Part shown: in pieces, positions 39,671 through 49,311 of the stretch
How positions within the stretch are numbered: position 1 is the stretch's first letter
Layout: every line of letters starts with the position of its first letter
The notes under the pieces: model-generated
Told to the model about the DNA's origin: nothing
The model's input: the letters and a program-made list of their open reading frames with translations, nothing else
Databases searched by the model: none
Origin: Candidatus Elulimicrobium sp.
Lineage (GTDB): Bacteria > Omnitrophota > Gorgyraeia > Zapsychrales > Fredricksoniimonadaceae
Assembly: GCA_020720365.1 (NCBI GenBank)
Contig: DYOU01000001.1
Location: 32,459-96,458, forward strand
Reading direction: 5' to 3'
Length of the DNA stretch: 64,000 nt
Position numbers and translations under genes: made by a program

Positions 39671-40575
39671 TGAACGAAAAACTTTCCGTCCTTCTTCAAC
39701 AGGCTTTGATTCCAAACAAAATACTTTTTATTGTCGGTCCAACAGCCGTTGGAAAATCAATGCTGGCGGTGGAAACGGCACTTGCCTGTGGGGCGGAAAT
39801 TGTTTCTTGCGACGCGATGCAGGTGTACCGTGAGGTTAATATTTCCAGTGACAAGCCGCCCGCCGGCTTGAGGGCCGTTGTACCGCACCACCTGCTGGAT
39901 GTGGTTTCTGTGGAAGAAGATTTTAACGCAGCGAAGTACCGGGAGCTGGCTGTCGCGGCGATCGAAAGCATCCTTGGCCGCGGGGGGAGAGCTATTGTCT
40001 GCGGGGGCAGCGGGATGTACATGATGGCGATTCTCGACGGTTTATTTGAGACCGTAGAGATCCCGGAAGCGGTTCGCTCCGGGTTGACAGAACGGGCCGG
40101 AAGCGCGGGCCTGGCGGCGCTTTATCAGCAGCTGCTTCAAGTTGATCCTGAAGCGGCGGCGAAGATCAATCCTCATGATCAGTTGAGGATCATTCGTGCG
40201 CTGGAAGTATTTGAGGCGGCTGGCCGGCCGATCTCGCAGCTGCGGAAAGACCGTAAAGGCCTTTGGGGAAAATATCCAATAGCGTTGATCGGGCTTGAAA
40301 GGCCAAGGGATATCCTTTACGCGCGGGCTGAAGCGCGTGTGGAAGGGATGTTTGCGGACGGGCTTGTAGATGAGGTGCGCGGGCTTTTACAGAAAAAGTT
40401 GACGCCGAGTGCTTCGCGTTTGATCGGGATACCTGAGGTCAGAAGTTTTTTGGAAGGCCGATCTTCGTTGAGCAGGGCTAAAGAACAGATGAAACAGAAT
40501 ACCCGTCATTATATCAAGCGGCAATTGACGTGGTTCCGTAAAGATAAACGCATTGAGTGGAGTCAGATTGAATGA
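39670..40575 (+). CDS. miaA: tRNA dimethylallyltransferase
   Basis: GPTAVGKS, DAMQVY, RIIRALEV, KRQLTWF. Confidence 0.95.
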   Translation: MNEKLSVLLQQALIPNKILFIVGPTAVGKSMLAVETALACGAEIVSCDAMQVYREVNISSDKPPAGLRAVVPHHLLDVVSVEEDFNAAKYRELAVAAIESILGRGGRAIVCGGSGMYMMAILDGLFETVEIPEAVRSGLTERAGSAGLAALYQQLLQVDPEAAAKINPHDQLRIIRALEVFEAAGRPISQLRKDRKGLWGKYPIALIGLERPRDILYARAEARVEGMFADGLVDEVRGLLQKKLTPSASRLIGIPEVRSFLEGRSSLSRAKEQMKQNTRHYIKRQLTWFRKDKRIEWSQIE

Positions 40576-41813
40576 GAGAGCGTGTACTGGTAGCTATGGT
40601 TGATTTTAAAGAGAGAAACGCCTGGCCCATGTCTCAGTCGGCGTATGAAATGGAAGAGCTTGTAAAAGCGTGCAATGCCGATGTGGCTGGAAAAGTCATG
40701 TGCCCGGCACATCCTCCGGAAGCCGCGACGTTGATCCATAAAGGCAAGGTGCAAGAGATCGCGGGACTTGTGGGAGCCCTGGAGGCGGATACGGTTATTT
40801 TCAGTACGGAATTAAAGGGGCGCCAGCAGCGGGAGCTTGAAGAGGCATTGGGGGTGAGGGTCCTGGACCGGACGCAGTTGATCCTGGATATTTTTGCCCG
40901 TCGGGCAACATCGCTGGAAGGCAAGTTACAGGTTGAGTTGGCGCAGTTGGAATACCGTTTGCCCCGGCTTTCGGGGAACTATGAGTCTTTATCACGGCAG
41001 GGCGGCGGTATAGGGGCGATCGGGCCGGGAGAAACCAAACTTGAAACAGACCGCCGGCGGATCATGGAGCGTGTAGACAAGATCAAGAAGGATCTCGTTG
41101 AAGTGACCCGTTCGCGCCAGGTCAAACGTAAGAAGCGTCAGGGGAAGCATGTCCCGCTTATTTCTCTCGTTGGGTATACGAACGCAGGAAAGTCAACGTT
41201 GCTGAATACCCTGACGGATGCGGAAACGACGACTAAAGACGGGCTTTTTACCACTCTGGATTCTCTGTCGCGCCAATGTGTCCTGCCCAATCGCCAGAAG
41301 GTTGTTTTTTCTGATACCGTTGGATTTATGCATGACCTGCCGCATGGCCTGATCGAAGCGTTTAAGGCAACGCTTGAAGAAGTAGAGAGCTCTGACCTCT
41401 TGCTGCATGTGCTGGATGTCAGTAATCCAGAGTATTTAAACTTCAAATTATCGGTGGACAAGGTGCTTGATCAGCTGGGGGCATTGAAGAAGCCGACGAT
41501 CCTGGTTTTGAACAAGGTAGATCAGGTGGATGACAAGAGCCTTATTATTGACGCTCAGCGTAAGTTTGATATGACAGTGGCGGTTTCGGCGCGTGAGAAA
41601 TTTCATATAGGTGCCTTGTTGCGTATCGTTGAGGAACATTTGGCGGATCAGGTAGCTGAAGTGGATGTCCTGATCCCGATGAAGCGGATGGACTTGGTGC
41701 GCCTGGCGCATCAGGAGGGAGAAGTTTTGTTGGAAGAATATGGTTCCGACGGCATTCATTTGCGCGCGCGCGTTCCTGTGTATCGTCAGGAAACGTACTA
41801 CAATTGCGCGTAA
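40572..41813 (+). CDS. hflX: Ribosome-splitting GTPase HflX
   Basis: GPGETKLE, GYTNAGKS, DTVGF, NKVD. Confidence 0.96.
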   Translation: MRERVLVAMVDFKERNAWPMSQSAYEMEELVKACNADVAGKVMCPAHPPEAATLIHKGKVQEIAGLVGALEADTVIFSTELKGRQQRELEEALGVRVLDRTQLILDIFARRATSLEGKLQVELAQLEYRLPRLSGNYESLSRQGGGIGAIGPGETKLETDRRRIMERVDKIKKDLVEVTRSRQVKRKKRQGKHVPLISLVGYTNAGKSTLLNTLTDAETTTKDGLFTTLDSLSRQCVLPNRQKVVFSDTVGFMHDLPHGLIEAFKATLEEVESSDLLLHVLDVSNPEYLNFKLSVDKVLDQLGALKKPTILVLNKVDQVDDKSLIIDAQRKFDMTVAVSAREKFHIGALLRIVEEHLADQVAEVDVLIPMKRMDLVRLAHQEGEVLLEEYGSDGIHLRARVPVYRQETYYNCA

Positions 41814-41822
41814 GGGCGCGAT

Positions 41823-41841
41823 TAGTTAGATAATCTAACTA
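41823..41841. promoter_or_regulatory. Perfect palindrome, candidate operator
   Basis: TAGTTAGAT-A-ATCTAACTA upstream of TTGACA-N17-TATTTT (41858-41886). Confidence 0.55.
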
Positions 41842-41915
41842 TTTAAATAAGATTTCCTTGACAAGAAAATCAGGCCGTGTTATTTTATTTCTGTTGATCA
41901 ATATGAGGGATATGC

Positions 41916-42200
41916 GTGAGGAGTGAAAAGAGCATCAAGGATTTTGATTGCAAGATCGACCCGCACGCTCCGCTTTTTGTTATTGGAGTAGCATCGGATA
42001 TGGTGGGTGTTCCGATCTGGACTTTACGCAAGCTTGATGAGATGGGCGTTGTCAGTCCTCGGCGTGTGGGTGTCCGTACGCGGTGTTATTCCCAGGTTCA
42101 GATCAAACGGCTTACGTATGTCAGATATTTGATGGAAGAGCGTGGGGTCAATATCCGCGGTGTCAGGATCATTTTGGAAATGGATGTGTCGAAGGATTAA
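41916..42200 (+). CDS. Small MerR-family regulator (HspR/GlnR-like)
   Basis: PLFVIGVASDMVGV..TLRKLDEMGVVSPRR..RCYS..GVNIRGV. Confidence 0.85.
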   Translation: MRSEKSIKDFDCKIDPHAPLFVIGVASDMVGVPIWTLRKLDEMGVVSPRRVGVRTRCYSQVQIKRLTYVRYLMEERGVNIRGVRIILEMDVSKD

Positions 42201-42217
42201 TTTTTTTTGACAAGAAA

Positions 42218-42244
42218 TTAGCACTCGGTAATGAAGAGTGACAG
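42218..42244 (+). promoter_or_regulatory. CIRCE (HrcA operator), imperfect right arm
   Basis: TTAGCACTC-N9-GAGTGACAG, just downstream of TTGACA at 42207. Confidence 0.8.
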
Positions 42245-42300
42245 AATTATAGAATCTTTTTATTATTTTCTAAAACTATTAACCAAAAGGAGGATCTGTT

Positions 42301-42754
42301 ATGAGGAGGGCGTCAACAATTGTTATCGGCATCAACAGCCTTCGCTTTATTTGAGAAAGCCGAGCCATCGAAAGATGATGTTACAGCCTTGAGGGCTCAG
42401 GTCGCGGAGATGCAGGGCAAGATCGCTGTTCTGGAGCAGAAATTGACTCAACAGGAGGCGGCATCTTTAGATCCTCTCGCTGGGCCGGCTGTTGCGGTTC
42501 AGGACCAGGATCCTTTTACGATGATGGATGCCATGGAACAGCGGATCCAGGCATTGTTCGGGACGTACGGTTTTGGCTCATCGTCTATGCCTGCCGGGCG
42601 TACGTATGGGGGTGGCTTCAGCCCGGACTATGATATTAAGGAAACGGATAAAACATATGTGCTGACCTTTGATATGCCGGGAATGGATAAATCCAGGATC
42701 AATAAAGAACCGGTTCAAAAGAAAGAAGCGGCACAGAAGGTGGAAGTAAAATAA
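42301..42754 (+). pseudogene. Damaged Hsp20/alpha-crystallin gene with signal-peptide remnant
   Basis: AGGAGG+ATG 42301 is out of frame with the body; PDYDIKETDKTYVLTFDMPGMDKSRIN runs straight into the C-terminal QKVEVK with the central strands absent. Confidence 0.65.
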
Positions 42755-42785
42755 ACAGGTTTATTATTTAAAAAAGGCGGCACAG

Positions 42786-44894
42786 ATGAATCCAACGATG
42801 AATGATCCTCAACAGGGAAACCAGAGCGCGCTTGAGCTTTATGGCCGAGATCTTACAGCGCTTGCGCGTAAGGATGCGCTCGATCCGGTCATCGGGCGAG
42901 ATGAGGAGATCCGTCGTGTTGTTCAGGTCTTGTCGCGCCGCACCAAGAATAATCCTGTTCTGATCGGTGAGCCTGGGGTAGGCAAGACAGCGATCGTTGA
43001 GGGCTTGGCTCAGCGGGTGATTTCCGGGGATGTCCCGGAAAGCCTCAAGAACCGGCGGGTCGTTACGCTGGATATGGGGGCGCTGCTGGCTGGCGCGAAG
43101 TTCCGGGGGGAATTTGAAGAGCGGCTGCGTGCCGTGCTCAAGGAGGTCGAAGCCAAGGATGCGGACGTGATCCTGTTCATCGATGAGTTGCATACGATCG
43201 TCGGGGCCGGGAAGGCCGACGGCGCCATGGATGCATCCAATATGTTGAAACCGGCACTTGCCCGAGGGACATTGCGCTGTGTCGGGGCAACGACGTTGGA
43301 TGAGTATCGTCAATATATAGAGAAAGACGCGGCCCTGGAACGACGATTTCAGCCGGTGATGGTTTGTGAGCCAACGGTCGAGGATGCCATTGCGATCTTG
43401 CGCGGGCTTAAAGAGCGGTATGAAGTGCATCATGGCGTGCGGATCCAGGATAGTGCTATTGTTTGTGCCGTCGTGATGTCCGACCGTTACATTACAGATC
43501 GTTTCCTGCCCGACAAGGCTATTGACTTGATCGACGAATCAGCTTCCCGCCTGCGTATAGAGATCGACAGCATGCCGCATTCGATCGATGAGAAAGAACG
43601 AGGTATTCGCAAGTTTGAGATCGAACGGCAAGCGTTGGTGAAGGAAAAAGATGATGCTTCGCGGGAGCGGCTGAATAAGCTTGAATCCCAGCTGGCGGTA
43701 TTAAGGGAGGAGAGCCGTGTCTTGCGTGCCCGCTGGCAGAAGGAGAAAGATGTTATCACGCGTATGCGTTCGGTCAAGTCTCGCATGGAAGCGGTCAAGG
43801 TGGAAGGCGAAAGGGCTGAGCGGGAGGGAGATCTGGCGCGTGCGTCGGAGATCCGTTACGGTACGCTCGTGGGATTGGGGAAAGAATTAGTGGACCGTAA
43901 TAAGGAATTGATCGCGGTCCAGGGGGGGCATCCTTTGCTTAAAGAGGAAGTAGGTGAAGAGGATGTGGCTTCTGTTATTTCTAAATGGACGAAGATCCCG
44001 CTGGAAAAATTGATGGCTGGTGAAGCGCAAAAACTGGTGCTGATTGATGAGCAGTTAAAGAAGCGCGTGATCGGCCAGGATGAAGCGATCCGGCTTGTTT
44101 CAGCGTGCGTCCGCCGCTCGCGTGCCGGATTGAGTGATCCGCATCGCCCGATGGGTTCGTTTATTTTTGCCGGCCCTACCGGGGTGGGAAAGACCGAGCT
44201 TACTAAAGCGTTGGCTGAATTTCTTTTTGATGATGAAGGTGCGATGGTCCGGATCGATATGAGCGAGTATATGGAGAAGCACAGTGTCGCCCGCCTTATT
44301 GGTGCTCCTCCGGGATATGTAGGGTATGAGGAAGGCGGACAATTGACGGAAGCTGTGCGCCGGCGTCCATATTGTGTCATCCTGTTTGATGAGATCGAGA
44401 AAGCCCATCCGGATGTGTTTAATGTCCTGCTTCAGTTATTGGATGATGGCCGTCTGACAGACAGTCAGGGGCGGGTGGTCAATTTCAAGAATACGATCGT
44501 GATCATGACATCGAATATCGGCAATGAAGAGAGCGGAATATCATTGGAGAGCGCATTGCGGGCAGTATTTCGTCCTGAGTTCCTGAACCGTATCGATGAA
44601 GTCGTTGCGTTTCGTCGTTTGGATCGGGAGGACGTCGCGCGTATTGCGGATATTCAGCTGGCGATCCTTCAGGCACGGCTGGCTGAACGGCATATTACTC
44701 TGACAGTTTCCCAAGAGGTGCGTGCGTGGTTGTCTGAACGCGGGTATGATCCGCAGTTTGGCGCGCGGCCGTTGAAGCGGCTGATCCAGCGTTCAGTGCA
44801 GGATGTTATTGCGCTGCAGATGCTTAAAGGTGAAGTGAAAGATGGCCAGCTGGTGAATATCAGCCTGAAAGATGGCCTGCCGATGATCGGGTAA
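42786..44894 (+). CDS. clpB: ClpB disaggregase lacking the N-terminal domain
   Basis: [21 protein letters not shown], coiled-coil M domain, [15 protein letters not shown]. Confidence 0.92.
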   Translation: MNPTMNDPQQGNQSALELYGRDLTALARKDALDPVIGRDEEIRRVVQVLSRRTKNNPVLIGEPGVGKTAIVEGLAQRVISGDVPESLKNRRVVTLDMGALLAGAKFRGEFEERLRAVLKEVEAKDADVILFIDELHTIVGAGKADGAMDASNMLKPALARGTLRCVGATTLDEYRQYIEKDAALERRFQPVMVCEPTVEDAIAILRGLKERYEVHHGVRIQDSAIVCAVVMSDRYITDRFLPDKAIDLIDESASRLRIEIDSMPHSIDEKERGIRKFEIERQALVKEKDDASRERLNKLESQLAVLREESRVLRARWQKEKDVITRMRSVKSRMEAVKVEGERAEREGDLARASEIRYGTLVGLGKELVDRNKELIAVQGGHPLLKEEVGEEDVASVISKWTKIPLEKLMAGEAQKLVLIDEQLKKRVIGQDEAIRLVSACVRRSRAGLSDPHRPMGSFIFAGPTGVGKTELTKALAEFLFDDEGAMVRIDMSEYMEKHSVARLIGAPPGYVGYEEGGQLTEAVRRRPYCVILFDEIEKAHPDVFNVLLQLLDDGRLTDSQGRVVNFKNTIVIMTSNIGNEESGISLESALRAVFRPEFLNRIDEVVAFRRLDREDVARIADIQLAILQARLAERHITLTVSQEVRAWLSERGYDPQFGARPLKRLIQRSVQDVIALQMLKGEVKDGQLVNISLKDGLPMIG

Positions 44895-44964
44895 GCCTCG
44901 AATCGAGATCTGTTCTTTGACAAAATGCGGTTGAATTGTCGGGTGCGTTTGTTACAATGAACGT

Positions 44965-46002
44965 ATGCATAGAAAGTTTGTCTTCATCAGCCTTGCCATG
45001 ACTTTTCTTTTTACTGCGACGGCGGTTTCTGCTGAGACTAGAAAAGATGGTTTTTATGATGAATACGACAGCCAGGGAGGGCTGGTGAGTACCGTCCAGT
45101 ATCAGCAGGGTGTTCCGCATGGGCGGTTCCGGTCGTTCTATTCTAATGGGCTTCTACACTCAACGGGGATGTATATTAACGGCAGGATAGACGGGATGCT
45201 GATGGAGTATTACCCTGAAGGCAAGCCGAAAGCCAAGGTCTTCTATCGAAATGGTATCCTGCATGGCCCATCGACATTATATTATCCCGGTGGACGGATC
45301 AGGCTCGAAGAGCCGTATATTGCCGGATGGAAAGAAGGCGTTGTGCGGGAATATTCCCAGGATAGTATCCTGGTGTTTGAGCGTGAGTTCCGCCATAATA
45401 AGCAGGAAGGCGTAACCCGGAAATATTTTACTACGGGTGCGGTCTATCGGGACTATGATTACAAGAATGGCGTGCAGCAGGGCAAGATCCGTGAATATTA
45501 TCCAGACGGGGCCCTGAAGGGCGTTTACCAGTCTTCTGATGAGAAACGCAGCGGGCCGGGTAAGGAATATTTCAGCTCCGGAGAGCTGTTCTATGAGGGT
45601 TTTTATGAGAATGATCAGTTGAACGGCCGGGTTATTATTTATTACAAGAACGGAAAGATCCATATTAAAACGAATTACAAGAATGGCTTGATGGATGATC
45701 CAACCTGGAGCGAGTATTACAAGAGCGGAAGCGTGTATTGGGTTGTTCCGGTCAGGTTGGGAAAGAAAGAGGGTGAAGGCAGGGAGTATTATGAAGACGG
45801 TCAGTTAAAAAGTAGCGGCCTGTTCAAGGATGATCAACGTGAGGGTTTGTTTAAATTGTATAATGAGCAAGGCTTGTTAACGGCAGAAGAAAAGTTCGAG
45901 GCGGGGCGCCTGGCGCGGCGTATGGAGTTCTATCCGACGGGCAAGGTGAAGAGCGATCAGTATTTCTTTGAAGAGCAGGGAAAAACAGAGAAGGCAGATT
46001 GA
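44965..46002 (+). CDS. Exported MORN-variant repeat protein (YwqK-like repeats)
   Basis: Signal peptide; about 24-aa repeats Y-x-NG-xx-G-xxx-EYY-xx-G. Confidence 0.85.
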   Translation: MHRKFVFISLAMTFLFTATAVSAETRKDGFYDEYDSQGGLVSTVQYQQGVPHGRFRSFYSNGLLHSTGMYINGRIDGMLMEYYPEGKPKAKVFYRNGILHGPSTLYYPGGRIRLEEPYIAGWKEGVVREYSQDSILVFEREFRHNKQEGVTRKYFTTGAVYRDYDYKNGVQQGKIREYYPDGALKGVYQSSDEKRSGPGKEYFSSGELFYEGFYENDQLNGRVIIYYKNGKIHIKTNYKNGLMDDPTWSEYYKSGSVYWVVPVRLGKKEGEGREYYEDGQLKSSGLFKDDQREGLFKLYNEQGLLTAEEKFEAGRLARRMEFYPTGKVKSDQYFFEEQGKTEKAD

Positions 46003-46009
46003 GTTTTAT

Positions 46010-46038
46010 TTGACAGGTGAAGGTCTTTTTTTTATAAT
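46010..46038 (+). promoter_or_regulatory. Consensus sigma70 promoter of the hrcA-grpE-dnaK-dnaJ operon
   Basis: TTGACA-N17-TATAAT. Confidence 0.9.
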
Positions 46039-46044
46039 CTCGCG

Positions 46045-46071
46045 CTAGCAAAGAAGCTTTAAGAGTGCTAA
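46045..46071 (+). promoter_or_regulatory. CIRCE (HrcA operator), imperfect left arm
   Basis: CTAGCAAAG-N9-GAGTGCTAA at the transcription start of hrcA. Confidence 0.8.
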
Positions 46072-46082
46072 TTGGAGTTTAT

Positions 46083-46814
46083 ATGGTTCGAGTTAATCCT
46101 CGACAGCGGAAAGATATTGTTTTGGGAATGGTTATTCAGCAATACATTTCCAGGGAAGTGCCGGTCAGTTCGGCCTTCATTGCTGAGGAGTATGAGAAGG
46201 ATATCAGTTCAGCGACTATCCGGAATATTCTGGCTGATCTTGAATCCGACGGATATCTAACGCATCCGCATACCTCTTCAGGGCGCGTCCCAACACAGCG
46301 CGGGTATCGGTATTATGTGGATTTCCTGATGCGCGAGATCGTCCTTGTTGAAGAAGAGCGCCGGCAGGTTCAGCGGGAATATGAACAGGGCGTGCGCGAG
46401 TTAAAACATCTGATGGAATTAACGTCGGAAGTGATCTCGGACCTGACGCACTGCGCGAGTATTGTAACGCTGGAAGGTTATCCGCGGACGTACTCTTTTC
46501 GCGGCACGAACTATCTGGCTGAAGCCGTGGGGGTTTACGGAGTGCAGAAGATGGCGTGTATCCTGAAAGCGCTGGAGGAAAAAGAGCGGATCCTGGAAGT
46601 CCTTCGGCGGGATCTGGACAAGAAGATCAAGATCTATATTGGCCAGGAAACGGCTTGCGAGGATTTTGACGATTGTGCGATGGCGGTATCGCATTTTCAG
46701 ACGCGCATGGGAGCATCCGGACACATAGCTGTATTAGGGTCAACGCGGATGAATTATGAACGGGTGGTTTCTACCCTTGAATACGTATCAGATCTGATGC
46801 GGCAATTAGGATAA
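46083..46814 (+). CDS. hrcA: Heat-inducible repressor HrcA (short form)
   Basis: SSATIRN, HPHTSSGRVPTQRGYRYYVD, LGSTRMNY. Confidence 0.93.
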   Translation: MVRVNPRQRKDIVLGMVIQQYISREVPVSSAFIAEEYEKDISSATIRNILADLESDGYLTHPHTSSGRVPTQRGYRYYVDFLMREIVLVEEERRQVQREYEQGVRELKHLMELTSEVISDLTHCASIVTLEGYPRTYSFRGTNYLAEAVGVYGVQKMACILKALEEKERILEVLRRDLDKKIKIYIGQETACEDFDDCAMAVSHFQTRMGASGHIAVLGSTRMNYERVVSTLEYVSDLMRQLG

Positions 46815-46821
46815 TATTATT

Positions 46822-47331
46822 ATGGCAGATGAAGATATTATTAAAGAAGAAGTTGTTCCGCCTGTGATCGATCCGGTGGAGGAGAAGGTGCGCTATCAGC
46901 AGGAATTGGGTGAAGCGAAGGATAAGTATATCCGGCTCTTTGCCGAATTTGACAATATGCGTAAACGTCACGAGCGTGAGCGTAGCGAGCTGATCAAATA
47001 CGCGCATGAAGAAGTCATCATTGAAATGCTCGGATTTTATGAGGATTTTGAGCGTTGTGTCGCGGCGGCGGGAGAAAATTCTGCCGGGAGCATGGTCTTG
47101 TTAAAAGGGATTGAAATGGTCCTTAAACGCATGCAGGAATTGCTCAAGAAATATGATGTCGCGGAGATCGACGCTATGGGTAAGAAGTTCGATCATGTGT
47201 ATCATGAAGCCTTGATCGCGGTGGATTCTCCGGAGACTGAGGATGGAGCGGTCCTGGAGGTCTTTCAAAAAGGGTATACGATGGGTGGAAGGGTTGTACG
47301 TACAGCCAAGGTGAAGGTATCGAAGCATTAA
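46822..47331 (+). CDS. grpE: Nucleotide exchange factor GrpE
   Basis: [30 protein letters not shown]. Confidence 0.95.
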   Translation: MADEDIIKEEVVPPVIDPVEEKVRYQQELGEAKDKYIRLFAEFDNMRKRHERERSELIKYAHEEVIIEMLGFYEDFERCVAAAGENSAGSMVLLKGIEMVLKRMQELLKKYDVAEIDAMGKKFDHVYHEALIAVDSPETEDGAVLEVFQKGYTMGGRVVRTAKVKVSKH

Positions 47332-47332
47332 T

Positions 47333-47353
47333 GACGGGATTTTCCCGTCTTTT
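47333..47353 (+). terminator. Intercistronic hairpin between grpE and dnaK
   Basis: GACGGGA-TTT-TCCCGTC-TTTT. Confidence 0.5.
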
Positions 47354-47371
47354 AAAAAGGAGGCAGTGAGT

Positions 47372-49303
47372 ATGGCAAAATTTATTGGTATTGATCTGGG
47401 AACATCGAATTCAGCGGCGGCGGTCATGGAAGGCGGCCGTCCGGTGATCATTCCGTCAGCCGAAGGGGCTGGTGTGGCGTCGGGAAAAGCTTTCCCGTCA
47501 TTTGTAGCTTTTACGAAAGAAGGCGAGCGCTTGGTCGGTGAACCTGCCCGCCGTCAAGCTGCGGTGAATTCCCAGGGGACTATTTACGCGGCGAAGCGCA
47601 AGATGGGGACGGATCACAAGTTCAGTGTGAATGGCAAGGATTTTACGCCGCAGCAGGTATCCGCGTTCATTCTGCAGAAGATCAAGGCAGACGCCGAGAA
47701 GTATTTGGGTGATACCGTTGAGGGTGCCGTGATCACAGTTCCTGCGTATTTTAATGATAATCAGCGTCAGGCCACCAAGGACGCAGGAGAGATCGCAGGG
47801 CTTAAAGTCATGCGTATTATCAATGAGCCGACGGCTGCGTGTTTGGCGTATGGTATTGACAAAGCCGGCAAGGAACAGAAGATCATGGTGTTCGACCTTG
47901 GCGGCGGCACACTGGACGTGACGATCCTTGAAATGGGCGAAGGCGGTACATTTGAAGTCCTTTCCACGAGCGGAGATAATCTTCTCGGCGGTACAGATAT
48001 GGATAATGCCCTTATTGCGCATATTGTCAGTGAATTCAAGAAAGAGACCGGTGTTGATCTTTCGCAGGACAAGATGGCTTTTCATCGTTTACGTGAAGCG
48101 GCGGAAAAAGCCAAAGTCGAGTTGTCCAGTACCGTTCAGACAGAAGTTAACCTGCCGTTCATTACGGCCGATGCTTCTGGCCCGAAACATTTGGCATTGA
48201 CGCTTGACCGTGCCAAACTGGATTCCCTGGTGGGGCCTATTGTTGAGCGTTGTCGCGGACCGATCCGTCAGGCGTTGAAAGACGCGACAGCGAAGCTGGG
48301 CGAAGACGTCAAGGTTGACAAGATCATCATGGTTGGCGGTCCGACACGTATGCCGATCGTTCAGGATTTTGTGGAGAAAGAAGTTGCGCAAAAGATCGAG
48401 CGCGGGATTGATCCGATGGAATGCGTGGCGCTCGGCGCGGCTGTTCAGGCGGGTATCATCAAGGGAGATGTGAAGGATGTCCTGCTTCTTGACGTAACGC
48501 CGTTGACACTGGGTATTGAGACCATGGGTGGTGTCATGACGAAAATGATCGAGCGCAACACAACGATACCGACGAAGAAATCGAATGTCTTTTCGACAGC
48601 GGAAGATAATCAGCCTGCGGTGACGATCCGTGTCCTGCAGGGAGAACGACAGATGTCGAATGACAATGTAGAGCTTGGCCGGTTTGACCTTGTAGGTATC
48701 CCTCCGGCACCCCGCGGTGTTCCGCAGATCGAGGTTACCTTTGATATCGACGTGAACGGGATCGTTCATGTGCATGCGAAGGATAAAGCCACAGGCAAGG
48801 AACAGTCTATCCGTATCACGTCTCCGAAGAAATTGTCGGATGATGAGATCCAGAAGATGGTGAAAGAAGCCGAGAAATACGCGGAAGAGGACAAGAAGCG
48901 TAAAGAAGAAGCCGAGCTGCTGAATCAAGCCAATAATCTGGTATATTCGACGGAAAAATCGCTCAAGGATTATGGGGATAAAGTGCCTCAGGCGGAACGT
49001 GAAGCGATCATGAAAGAACTGGAAGCGCTGAAACAGGCGATTACGGATAAAGCGGCGGACCGTATCAAGGCGGGCATGGAGGCATTGACCAAAGTCAGCC
49101 ATAAGCTGGCAGAGGAAATGTATAAAGCCACAGCGGCTCAGGCCGGAGGCCCGGGCGCACAGGAAGGCTGCGGTGGCGGGTGTGGAGATAGTGCCGGTGC
49201 GGGAGCTCAGGATGGGGCGCCTTCCCAGGAGCCGAAAGCCGACGCGGCCCAAAAGCGTGAAGGGGTTATTGACGCTGACTTTGAAGTCAAGGATGACAAA
49301 TAA
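47372..49303 (+). CDS. dnaK: Chaperone DnaK
   Basis: [31 protein letters not shown]; SD AGGAGG. Confidence 0.98.
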   Translation: MAKFIGIDLGTSNSAAAVMEGGRPVIIPSAEGAGVASGKAFPSFVAFTKEGERLVGEPARRQAAVNSQGTIYAAKRKMGTDHKFSVNGKDFTPQQVSAFILQKIKADAEKYLGDTVEGAVITVPAYFNDNQRQATKDAGEIAGLKVMRIINEPTAACLAYGIDKAGKEQKIMVFDLGGGTLDVTILEMGEGGTFEVLSTSGDNLLGGTDMDNALIAHIVSEFKKETGVDLSQDKMAFHRLREAAEKAKVELSSTVQTEVNLPFITADASGPKHLALTLDRAKLDSLVGPIVERCRGPIRQALKDATAKLGEDVKVDKIIMVGGPTRMPIVQDFVEKEVAQKIERGIDPMECVALGAAVQAGIIKGDVKDVLLLDVTPLTLGIETMGGVMTKMIERNTTIPTKKSNVFSTAEDNQPAVTIRVLQGERQMSNDNVELGRFDLVGIPPAPRGVPQIEVTFDIDVNGIVHVHAKDKATGKEQSIRITSPKKLSDDEIQKMVKEAEKYAEEDKKRKEEAELLNQANNLVYSTEKSLKDYGDKVPQAEREAIMKELEALKQAITDKAADRIKAGMEALTKVSHKLAEEMYKATAAQAGGPGAQEGCGGGCGDSAGAGAQDGAPSQEPKADAAQKREGVIDADFEVKDDK

Positions 49304-49311
49304 AAGTAATT

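Noticed and set aside
44965-46002. YwqK-type antitoxin of a toxin-antitoxin pair
   Set aside because: No adjacent toxin; it is an exported MORN-variant repeat protein
48089-49252. 387-aa antisense ORF
   Set aside because: Shadow frame of dnaK, a well-known codon-bias artefact; no RBS or motifs
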